Positions 24,201 through 36,200 of a stretch of 64,000 bases of DNA are shown here, piece after piece. Origin of the DNA: Amoebophrya sp. A120. Its lineage: Eukaryota; Protista; Dinoflagellata. The translations under genes and the position numbers were made by a program. The DNA is taken from the NCBI GenBank assembly GCA_905178155.1, contig CAJINV010000004.1:280969-344968 (forward strand), read 5' to 3'. Under the pieces are notes generated by a model. It had not been told where the DNA came from. It was given only the letters and a program-made list of their open reading frames with translations, and did not search any database. Every line of letters begins with the position of its first letter. Position 1 is the stretch's first letter.

Positions 24201-27200
24201 ACCGCCCAGCGAGTTGCGTCTTTAAGTTGCCGCACCACACGCAGATGCGCGCTGCGGGATCGCGCCAGCTGTGGCACTGCGCAAGGCCTGCGACCACCTC
24301 TAACACGACAATCAGTCTTGTTTTTGCGCAACCTAACACGCGCAACTCGATCCACTATCGCGCGGAGAAGGGGCAGCTGGTGCCGGCAAATACGCCCGAA
24401 AATGAAAAGTTTTTTTGCCCAAACAACGAAAAAACTTCTCTGTTTAGGTTGACCCCTTTTGCATTTTGCACGTTCATACTACACGGACGGCGGAGTCACT
24501 AAGCAGGGAGATTGTAGACCGAAACCTTCTGGTGCTGAGTGCTGCACGCTATTTCGCAAGGACGCATGCGACATTTTTGAGGGCGGGAGCGCGATGAGGT
24601 TGCCGACAGCACCCGACCAAATGTTGTTTGAAATGGGTTCGGGATTTCCAATCGGAATGGCTCTCGATGCCCTGTACTACCGGCAAGGGGCGAAAGAGTT
24701 GCAGGATGTTCCCTGGCAAATGATGTACGAGCACGTGCGACACACAGTGCATTGGACACCGTACGGCCCGGAGCATCCGGCCGGACCTCCGAGAACCGGC
24801 CCCGCCGAACTGCCCGCAGTCGACCCCGACAACGGGTTTCTCAGACTGCAGCCCCCGGACCCGGAAGTGGTATTTCCTCAGTGGGGACCCCATCCCGAGG
24901 CGCTCAACAGCGGGGGTGGTTACAACTACTCGGATGTGGGAGACGACGTGCTGCATAACCTACTTGAAGATCGTATCACCGACGCAGACCACAGAACTGG
25001 AAAGAGTGCGCACGAAGCCTGGCCGCCCTGGAATAAGTGCCGGAGGCGCTCCGGCAACAACCTAGGCGTTATGGAGCTTGTGGGCCCCGCTAACGCGAAC
25101 CCAATCATACGATACGCGGCCGATGGAAAAGCGGGAAAAAAAGTCGGAACCGACAACACCAAAACGGGGTTTGTGCAAAAGGACGAAAAAGCGTACGAAT
25201 GGAGCAGCAGAACACAGACCACGTATAATGGGGCGACCATACACATGCACCAGCAGGTAGAGATCCGGGGCTCTCTCATCCGCCAAAGATTAGACAACGT
25301 GGCAATGTCGAAGGGCCTCAACGACGACCATATTGAGCGCGATGATTACGGCGATGTGGTTTCCAAGGTAGACGAAATAGACCGGAGGATCGCGTACTGG
25401 CACAAAGACCGGCGCAGAACCTTTGCCTTTCGCCGCCGGGAGTACGGCTGTGAATTTTGCGTGCGTGCGTGCGTGCGATTTTATGCGTCTTGCGGTTGTG
25501 CGCGCGCGACGATCTCCTTTCTACGCGTGCACGCTCACACGCGCATGGGTCAGTATTCGGGGAAGGAGTAAATGTGCGTGCGCTGCACGAAATGCACAAA
25601 ATCGCGAGCAAGCACGCGCGCAACGCTTACATGTGTACATGTGTACAAGTAATCCGTCGCAATTAGGTTGGTCTGGCAACCCAACTCGCCGTCGCGATTC
25701 GATAGACATAGGAACTGACGCGTACACTCGCCGGCGGCGTTACTGGTGGGGGGAGGGCGATTGGAGTTACGACACTTGGTATCGCAAGACGAAACTGCTT
25801 CACTCATTTGAATGGTAAATGCAACAGGAAAGCGCGTGGCCTGCTCGCGCGTTTTCTTCCTGGAGGATGTGTCCGTGGCAAGATTTCAATTTCATTAGTA
25901 GTGGAAGAAGTCCCCAGACCCCAGTCCCAGAGTAGAAAGATTTCATTTAGTGGATGTCATGTCCCCAGAGTAGAGGAACAAGTCCGGAAGACGCATGCTG
26001 GAAGCGTTAAACCGCGGTGGAAGGGACGAAGAGCAGGCTCTTGACTTTCGCACTTCCTCAGAACAAGAGCCGCTCCTATGAGTCTTTATTTTTATGCATG
26101 TTTTATACGCTGTTCTACTTTTAAAAAAGAAAACTTTTTGGGTTCCAATCCCAAGTAGAAGAAAAATGAAAAAAACGGGAATACATAATTTCTTTCGTCG
26201 ATTGGTCGACGGATGGGCAGACCGTTTTGGGTGTTGTTGCAGCCGACAGTCGGGTGACTATCTTCTGGCGCCACAGCTGCTCCTCTACATGACGCCGCTC
26301 CGACGAGCTCTGCGCAATTGTCTGAGGAATTTCGTGTGAACATTCTCGAACAGAAAAAAAAAGCCGGACACCAAAACAGAAAAAGCGCGCGCGAAAAGAA
26401 AGAACAAAAACAGAAAAAGCGCGCGCGCCGGCTGGCGCGCGGCCAATTTTTTTTGCTCACACGGAAAAATCGCAAGCCCAAAAATTCCGCAGTAGCACCT
26501 GCGCAAAATAAATTTTGAAAATTCCGAGCGAGCGAAAAAAATTCCTGAAAACGCAAAGGGTTTTTGTTTGAAAACGCAGCGCGCTTTTGTTCATTTTCTT
26601 ATTTTAAGATTTTCCGGGCGAAAAAAAAAAGAAAAACAAAACAAAAACGGGGGCGCAGCAGCGCAAAGGGAAATCACAGTGGAAATTGCAATCCAGCCGC
26701 GGGCCAAGGTGTTTTTCGGAATTTTTAAAATTCATAAAATTTTGCTGCGGAAGTTTGAGAAGTTTTTCGGAATTTTGAGCTTCCGCTTCCAGAATTCGCG
26801 CTCTGGCACCCGGGCCGGAATTCGAAAGGCCGCCCGCCCGACCTCGTTTTCCTCGCCCACCCTGCCCAAAAGGGGCCGCTGCCTCGGTTTTTTTCTCATT
26901 CGGTCTATGCGATATCAGGGGCTGAAGCTTTGCGTCCGCCCAGCCCGGTGATGTTGCATTGGCGGGCCTTGCAGTGACAGAAACGCACGCCCTACCCCGC
27001 ATATCGACGGCGGACAGCGACGCCAGACTCTTCGCTGCTGCGGCGCCTTGCTTCGAAAGGAAACGAAAAAATAGCCTTTCGCTTTTATTTTCGAGAATTT
27101 TGCGCTGACTTGGGAAGTGGAGCCAGAAGCCTCTTGAGACAAATACTTACTCCCAGCGTCGTCATATACCTATGGAGCACAGGACTTGGGAGTGATATGA

Positions 27201-30200
27201 TGCAAGCCTTCCACGCAAGTTCGTTACAGTGCGTGAAGTAGCAGCTTTTTTGGGCGATAGTTGGGGAAAGGACCACACTGGGGCGGGATGGGCCCCACTA
27301 AACTCCCCCCCGGAGTCCGATCATAAGTTTTCAGTTGATGACTCGGAAGGTAATTGGATCGCAGCTGCAACGTGCTCTCACTCGGAGTGGGAAGAGCGGG
27401 GCTACACTGCGCACGTGTACGAGTTCGTTCCTCCCGTGCCGATATATGGCATGAGAATTCACAACCGTGGGGATTGTTGTCAGGAGCGCTTGAATTATGC
27501 AAAGGTTTACGTCCAGCTAGATTCCGTGAATATAGGAGGTTATGATAATGTTGCAGACGAGTATGTCGGCGGCAACGCGAACCGTGGCAGGAACCGAGAC
27601 GAATTATCCACTGCAAAATTATCGCACTCGTTAAATGCAAGTCTTGTGACGTTACAAATCTTTTCCCAAAGGAAAATCAGCGTTACAAAATTAATGTTCT
27701 CATGCTGAGGACATTTTTCATGCAACCTACAATAGTGCGTTACTTTTGCAGTTCATACAGATTCGTGGTGGACGATAGATACCAGCAAAACGTACCGGAC
27801 TCTCGGAAGCACCTATCCGACATGACTGTCGACGGCGAAGGGTATGCAAGCGCCAAGCTCGGAATCAACAAAGTTGGCACGATTTTCCCTGCATAAAACC
27901 GACACCATTTTTCGGGCCCGCAATTTCTATGGCGCGCATGACACATTCTGGCAGCATCTAAATCCGATTTGTCGCACTATTTGGGAAAAAGAACGCTGCT
28001 TGCGTCATGATGCTCCTCTAGTATGGCTGTCTTTTTCACGACCACAAAGAGATTTACAACCAGCCTCCCCTCCTCTCCATGAAAGACAGGCACTTTGTGC
28101 CAGCATGGTCCCGCTTTTATGTCATTGTATTTGTCAGCTATTTCTCCAACTTTGCCGATTTCGTCAAGCCTGACGCTTTCATAAAGGAGGTCGCGAAGAT
28201 ATTGGCGCGGTCCCCGCAAGTGGTGTCGTGGTGCTCTTCAATTTGAAACGACAGGAGCGCATCTATGAATTGCAAATATTTATTCAGGGTCTGGAACATA
28301 GATAATTGCAACGTCTGAGGACACTAAATCTACATCTAGCGGACAGAAAGCTTTGCGCTGCGTGAACAGCAAGACTTGTCCAATTTTTGTCACATGAAGA
28401 ACGGACCGCACATGCGGGATAAGCATGGAGAAGTATTGGCATCAAAACAGGCGACACATAATTTTCTATTCCAGACGAGACCTCCTCCTCCACCTCGAGT
28501 GGTGGCATGAAGAAGGTGCGTGACGAGTTTCCTCGATCCATCGCGCCCCTCTGGCATTGTGTTGCGCCGACTCCAGCGGACCTCGCTCTATGGAGGGCGG
28601 AATCTGCGTCGGCGACGCACGTCATCCGACCAGCCCACCAAAGCTCGGCATTGTTCCAGACCCAGACAAATCTGCAACGCATAGCATCCGCCGGATTTAT
28701 ATTGTTCCCCCCCACAGGCAGCAATACATAACCATCTGTGGCCTCCAGTTCTTCCGTATGGAAATATCAGGCTCGATAAAATCTGCAAGAAATATTAGGC
28801 GAGAACGTCGATGGCTTTGCACGAAATTATGCGACGCGCAGAATGTTGCTCGCGTTGCATGAGGGGGAACTGAGGCACTATGATTGTAAGCCTGACGAGG
28901 CTCATATTAGGACTTCCGATTGCGCGCGATACAATGGGCAAAATGCAAAACGGGAGCGGGACACGAGAAAATCCAAGAATTCTTGCGATGTCCCGGCCTT
29001 TTTTCCCTTCTGGCCATTTCTTGGCCAGATCGGGCGAAAGCGCTGCCTTTTTGGACAAGAATTGGCCAGATGGGGAAAAAAACGACCGCGACACCACGCC
29101 AATGTCTGGGTTTTTTCGTGCCCCGTCTTGCATTTTGTCTGTTCATAACGCGCGAGCTAGCATGAAGAGCGCGCTCTTTTGCGCACTGAACAGCGTGACC
29201 GCGCTCCTTCGGAAAAAGCCTTAGGGGCCCAACCGACGTCCAATTGATGCGTCCCAAGTTCTTTCCTCTTTGTTGATTTTCAGCCTGGCGCTTCCATATT
29301 CCGCTGGACATCCGTCGTGGAGGAAATTGATCCGAGTGTTTGGCTATCCTGTGCAAAACAAGTAGCGCTCTGTCGCGAAAACTAAATTGCAAATGTGGTC
29401 ATGATTCTGTGCGACATCTTAACTTATAGAACAGGAAAGATATGCTTTGCAATGGATTACTTCCAATAATTTCGACTGCTAAGGCGAACGCGCCGAATAG
29501 AATGTACTAAATTTATTAAAGAGCTCAAGTACCGGGAGCGTGATGCTTGTAATATTGCAATGCATATCGGCAAGCAAGCGAGTTTCCGACAGCGGACGAT
29601 CAGGATCAGTACGGTATTGTCGGTATCGCACAGAAAAAAGCTGGAGTGTCACAGCTTCTGGCATTATGCAAAAACCTATCCGCAGACAGAGTACGCGCAG
29701 CAGAGTGGCATGCTCCGATTGCAGGTGTAGGTGACAAAGTTACTTTCTGTGCAAATTGTCACTATGGCATGCCGGCTTTTTTCTCTGGAATAGTCGGGCG
29801 CGAGGGTGGGTCCGGATACACGCAGAATCGTCGGCGTGCGGGGGAAATCCAATGGCGTGGGAGGGTAGGGCTCCCACTCTTCTACGCACGGGGGCAGTCG
29901 ACCAGGTGGCCAAATTACTGCTCCCACACCGAGCACATCTGGCAAGTCTGTCACAAAGGATGGGCAAAGGGCGAAAGGGACGGCGAATACCTGCACGCGG
30001 AGTTTGAAGGGCACCATGGGGGGCGATGTCTCGCTTGTGGTATGCGTCGCAAATATGTCAGCTGCTGGGTCTCAAAGTATAGTATACAAGCTTGTGGCGC
30101 GCGTTTTAGATCACACAAAACTCTCCACCGATGACTAGCGCAGGGCCCTCCCTGTCGGTACTCAGTGTTCTGATGATGATTATGTTATGATGATGATGAT

Positions 30201-33200
30201 GATGATGGAAGGACAGCAAAAGTTGCCCTCTTCTTGATGTCACCAAAAGGGTCGATTCATATTCTAGATTTTTAGGCACTTCCCGGACAATGCCAACCTC
30301 TCGGGACGTGGGGTGCTGCATTCATCCATAAGACTCCGACATATTTGCAGTCGATATTTGGCACAGAGAAAGGCACTGGTCGCCGCCGAGGTATGGCGTT
30401 CTCAATTGTTACATTCTCAGCTGTTACATGAATTTGCGATGCAAGAATTGCAAAAGTGAAAGGGGGGAGGTTGCACCTCTAGCATTACAAGTTCTGCACA
30501 GATTTAGGTGCTGTTGAGCTCTCGCAAATTTGTCATGCGAAGCAGCTTCCTCGTGTGGATCTTGATGGTAGTTCTGCATGACAAATTCATGTAACAGTTG
30601 AGAATGTAACAGCTGAGAACGCCATACGAGGGTCGCTCGCCTTCGGAAGTGAGGGCGAGTCGATAGATGATGAGAGCTATAGCACTTTTCCTTCCGTGCG
30701 CTATCGAGAAAACGTGTGGGATAATGGTGACGAGGGGCCAGGGCTTTGCGAAAGTTCCAGGTACGATTTGGGACAAAAAGCATTTTTGAAACCAAAGAAG
30801 CTAGGCGACGCGAGTTTTTACGCTGGTTTTGATGGAGGCCGCGAAACCTTTTACACCGCCGCCGCAAAAATGCTTCCTGAAGCACAAAGCGTTAACCAAA
30901 CCGGAGCGGCTGCAGGGACGCAGTACATGAACGTGTGGACGCGAGCGTCCTGGTGGAAGCTATGAAGTGAAGCGCCCCAGTGCTGCTGCTGCTCGGTGGA
31001 AGTGTGACAGAAGTAGAAGCCGACCCTTTTCAAGCAGACTACTTGCATGTGCGCAGGTTCAGCTTGCGCCATGCAAATCTGATGCACCAGCAGAGTAATC
31101 CACTGTTGGGACGAAATTGTTACTGTTGCGTGTAGTTGTCGTTGATTTTGCACTATGTGTGATTCATGACGCAGACGCATTTTTCGCCACGGACGGTCAC
31201 GAAAGAACAAAGTATAAATCTTTGTATAAATAGATCCGACCAAAAATGTAAAATCATCTGCCAGCTGCAGCACTGACACCGACCACCGCGGCGCACTCTT
31301 TCATAGAAGCGAAGAGCGTGGTGGCAGGTGACTCTGACGCCGGACGCACTCGTATGGAGGTGCCTGGTGGGAAATGGTCGAAGTGGCGTGCTGGATTGAT
31401 AGAGATTGAGACTCGCAGTCGCAACTGAGTTGGTTGCATTGCACAAAAGCCCAGCGTGGGCTTCAGCCTCCACTTCAGGAGCAATGTACGACGCAGGCCT
31501 GCGTCGCAAAAGGAAACGAATGCTGGCCATTGTGCATCTGAACTCGAGGAGGGCCGCTTTAGCGTTACTCGATGACTTCGACGTAGTATCATTATAATTC
31601 TGCATCATATAATTGCCTTTCGCTTCGCGAAATGTGCGAAGTGAGTGCCTTTCTGTCTGTGCTCGAAATAAAGTGCTACATATTCCCTGACCCTGACTGC
31701 AAACTCTGGATGTGCATATCTATGTATGTACCACTGAGGTTGGCTGCGCATATCTCTGTTGCAGGGGGCTGGCCAGTAAATTTACAGTATGTGTACGCGG
31801 CAGCCTCCGTATGTGCTTTGAGCTTGTTGGCCTTGCTGGCGCCGTATGATTCTGCACTCCTTGTTGGATAACATACAAGGAGACAAATCGTGTCGTGCGA
31901 GGTTTTGAGAACTAGAGAAAAAAGGGGGAGGGGAGAAGGGGGGGGAAGACCGAAAAAGAAGAAAGGGGCGGGGGGGAGGGAAGTAAGCCGCCCGATAGGG
32001 CGCGAAGGAAGGCAGCGAACGATGGAGAGAGGGACCGCAGCGCCACCTCCCTGGGCGGGGTGAAAATACAGAAACGCGCGCAGGAAGAAAACGAAAGCCA
32101 AGAGCGGCGCCGCCTCCCGGGGCGGGGTGAAAACACAGGAACGAGCGCGAAGACGATGAAAAGAGCGAGATCGGCGCCGCCTTCCTGGGCGGGGTAAAAA
32201 TACAGGCGCGGCCGCGACGTATCTCGGAAAAAGGAGCCGAAGAAAGCACGGCGCGAGGCCGAAGACCCGCGAAAACGAAGACGAAAGCGGCCGAAGGGCC
32301 GCAGATGCCGACGCCGCCGAGGTCGCCCGGCGAGGTGTGTGGCGGATTCTCTTCGGAGAAGACGCGCGCGCCCCCGAGGTGACCCGCGGAGCGAAGGCCG
32401 GGGCGCAGCAAGGGCGACGCGCGCAGACTTCGTGCCCGCGAGGCTGCCCCGGTGTAGCGCTTCGCGCGCTCCCGGGGGCGGCCCGCTGTGGCGCGGAGAA
32501 ACAAAACGAAGACCCTAACCCACCGCCCCGCCCGCGCGGCCAGCTCGTGAGGATTCGCCCCACCGTAGCGGCCCGCCGAGGCTCAGGCAGCCAGCCCCTG
32601 GCAAATTCGGGTCACTAAAATCAGCATTAAAGAGCACTAATATAAAAGCCGGAGCGGGTTTTGTTTCGTCGGTTTCGTGGCCTGCCTGTTCCGGGCCCCT
32701 TTTTGTCGCTTTCCCGTACGTGGCCCCCGGTGTCGAGGAAGGGAGGGCCGAGCGCCGCCGGTTTTGCGTTTTTGTGCCCCCACGGCCCCGGGGTGTTGTG
32801 TTTGAGTTTTTGCCCGCCTCGCAGGCGTACGCGCGCCGCGTGTCTTTTCTCTTTCCAGTTCCCGGGTTGTTTTCGCCGGGTTCTATCTGGATGGCAGGTG
32901 GGCCGGTGGGGTCTTCGGCCGGCCGATGTGGTTTCGCCGTGTTCGGGAAGGGGCGACTCGCGGCGCTGGTGGCTTTGGTGTTTCAGCAGGTTTTGCCCCA
33001 GCCGGCATTGGCGCCGTCCCGCGCCCGGGGTTTTTTCGGAGGGGCGCCACCGTTTGTTGCGGGCCGACAGGGAGAGGCAGTTGTTGCGCGGGGCTGCTGG
33101 GTTTGCAATAAACCCAGCAGTAACCTTCGCAATAACCGCTGCAATAACCTTTGCATTAAAAATGCAATAAAATGTGCTTTAATTTGTTTTCATTGAAATC

Positions 33201-36200
33201 CTTAGGGATTTCAGTGTGTAACAAATTAAAGCAAATTTTAATGCAAATATTGAACAAAAACTAAACTTAATTGAAAACATAAACTACGCCGATTTTAAAG
33301 CAACTCAACGGGGAATCATGGCGAGGGCAGGGGGGGGGGCGTCACCTCCGCTTCGCGGGGGGTGTGTGTGGCGCGATTATTTCGGCAGGCAAAAACCGGG
33401 ATCCGCAGGCGTGGAAGTAGCAAACCCGAGAAGGAGGGGTGGCGGCCTGTTTTTTCTTTGTTTGTGGTTGGCCGGTTGCCTCGCGTTATTTTCGCGTAGG
33501 GCAGCGCCTCGCGTGCCGCCTTTGCCCGGTGGGGCCGTTTGGTGATTCACCTCCCAGCCGGGGAGTAGCGTGAGCCTTTCCTTTTTCTCCCTGCCTGTAG
33601 GGCCGGGCTGCTTTGGGGCTTTGCTGGGTTCTGTGTGGTGGGTTTCCCTGGGTCTTTCGGCAGCATGGGCCCTGGCCATTTTAATGCGCCATCTTTGTCC
33701 GCCTTCTTTGGCTTTAGGGTTTCGCGTTTGCCCCTGGTGTTGTCGTTCAGGGCTTCGCGTTTTCGGATTAGTGCCTTTTAACTCGCATTTAAAACCCGCC
33801 CGCTTGCCCGGGGCCGGCAGACTGACGAGGCAGGGGAGCAACCGACCCGGGGCGGGTCCGTTTTGTGAAGTGGAGGGGCTCGCCCCTTCGCTCACTACGG
33901 GCCAAAGAACGCCGAAGGAAGGAGCCAACGACTTCGGCGGCCCGGCGCAGCTGCCCGGTGAGGCGTGCGACAGCACGCCCGTCGCGGCGGCTCCCGAGGC
34001 GGACCGACCCCCATCCGAACGCAAAGCAGGGCACGCAAAACCAACGCCCGCCCCGGTCGCGTCGGATGGAGCGAGCGCGTAAGAGCTCCTCTCGCTCGCG
34101 AGGCCAGCCCGGCGCAGCGCCCTACGTACGCGCTCCCAGAGGCGGCCCGCCGAGGCGCGAGTATCGAAGAAAGGGCGAGCGAGAGCAAAACCCTCGCGCG
34201 CCCATTCTCTCCCCCCCGCCCGCGCGGCCAGCTCGTGAGGATTCGTTCCACCGTAGCGGCCCGCCGAGGCAGGGGAGCAACCGACCCGAGGCGGGCTTGA
34301 AGTCCGTAGTTCTGAAGTGGAGGGGCTTGCCCCGTCGCTCACTACGGAGCGGATCAAAGAACGCCGAAGGAGGGAGCAAGCAACACAACTAACTTCGCCC
34401 GCCCGGCGCAGCTGCCCGGCGAGGCGTGTGACAGCACGCCCGCCGCGGCGGCTCCCGAGGTGGACCGACTCCCACCCGAACGCAAATCAGGGCGCGCAAA
34501 ACCAACGCCCGCTCCGGTCGCGTCGGATGGAAGGAGCGCACGCGTAAGAACTCCTCTCGCCCGCGAGGCCAGCCCGGCGTAGCGCGTTACGCGCTCCCAG
34601 AGGCGGCCCGCCGGGGCGCGAGCAACGAATAAAGTAAGGGCTAGCGGGCGCAAAACTCACGCGAGCCCACTCGCCCCCCCCGCCCGCGCGGCCAGCTCGT
34701 GGGGATTCGTTCCACCGTAGCGGCCCGCCGAGGCAGGGGGGCAACCGACCGGAGGCGGATCCGTTTTTTGAAGTGGAGGGGCCCCCTCGCCCCGTCGCCC
34801 GCTATGGATCAAAGAACGCCGCAGGAGGGGGCAAACAACCTCGGCGGCCCGGCGCAGCTTCCCGGCGAGGCGTGTGGCAGCACGCCCGCCGCGGCGGCTC
34901 CCGAGGCGGACCGACCCCCATCCGAACGCAAACCATGGAGCGCAAAACCAACGCCCGCGCCGGTCGCGTCGGGTGGTGCGAGCGCATAGATGCGAACACC
35001 TCTCGCCCGCGAGGCCAGCCCGAGAAGCGCGCTACCTGCTCCCAGAGGCGGCCCGCCAAGGCGCGAGCAACGAATCAAGGGCGGGCGAGCGCAAAACCCC
35101 CGCACGCCCACTCTCTCCCCCCCGCCCGCGCGGCCAGCTCGTGCGGATTCCTTCCACCGTAGCGGCCCGCCGAGGCAGGGGAGCAACCGACCCGAGGCGG
35201 ATCCGTTTTGTGACGTGGAGGGGTCCGCCCTTTCGCTCACTACGAACGGATCAAAGAACGCCGAGGGAAGGGGCAAAGAACGAAACAACTGTGGCCGCCC
35301 GGCGCAGCTGCTCGGCGAGGCGTGTGACAGCATGCCCGCCGCGGCGGCTCCCGAGGCGGATCGGCCCCTATCCGAACGCAAACCAGGTGGGTCGCGCAAA
35401 ACCAACGCCCGCTCCGGTCGCGCCGGATGGAGCGAACGCATAGGAACTCCGCTCGCCCGCGAGGCCGGCCCGGCGTAGCGCATTACGCGCCCCCAGAAGC
35501 GGCCCGCCGGGGCGCGGGCAGCGAACAAAGGGCGAGCGAGAGCAAAGCCCTCGCCATCCCACTCGCTCCGCCCGCCCGCGCGGCCAGCCCGTGGGGATTC
35601 GTTCCACCGTAGCGGCCCGCCGAGGCGGGGGAGCAACCGCCCGACCCCGGGCGGGTCCGTTTTTTGAAGTGGAGGGGCTCGCCCCTTCGCTCGCTACGGA
35701 TCACAGGGCGCCGGCGTTTGGCGTTTCAATCACCGGAATCGAGAGGAGGCGCGCTTGGCCACAGATGGCGCGCGGATTTGGTTCGTTGGTCTTTGGTTTT
35801 TGGAACCCACCGCCCTCCCCCAGCACCCGCCCTCCGCTGCTTCGGCGCGTGTTCTGTGTTTATCCCGCCTCAGCGCTGAGCTTTGAAACTTTTCGCAGCT
35901 CTCGTTCGAAACTTGAAAACTTTTGTCAATTTGCAAAACCACGGCGCATCCGTTTCCGGTCTTTGTCATATCTCGCGCGCTCGAAAGTTTGGCCATTCGC
36001 TGTGATTTCATTCCGTCCTGTGTCTTTGGGCTTTGCACGTTTTCCGTCTTTCCGCCGTTTTTCTATTTCAACAGTTTGACCATTCACCGCGCAGCCCGTG
36101 CTGGCAAGTTTGACCATTCACCGCGCAGCCGTGTTTGAAGTTTGGCCATTCTTTCACCGCGCAGCCGTGCTCGCAAGTTGGTTTGACCATTCACCTCGCA

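Noticed and set aside
30168-30206. ATG/TGA microsatellite (poly-His on the minus strand)
   Set aside because: Short slippage tract inside an introner; not coding.
33821-33870. Hammerhead ribozyme core (CTGACGAG; also near 21722 and 28892)
   Set aside because: No properly spaced stem II plus GAAA follows.
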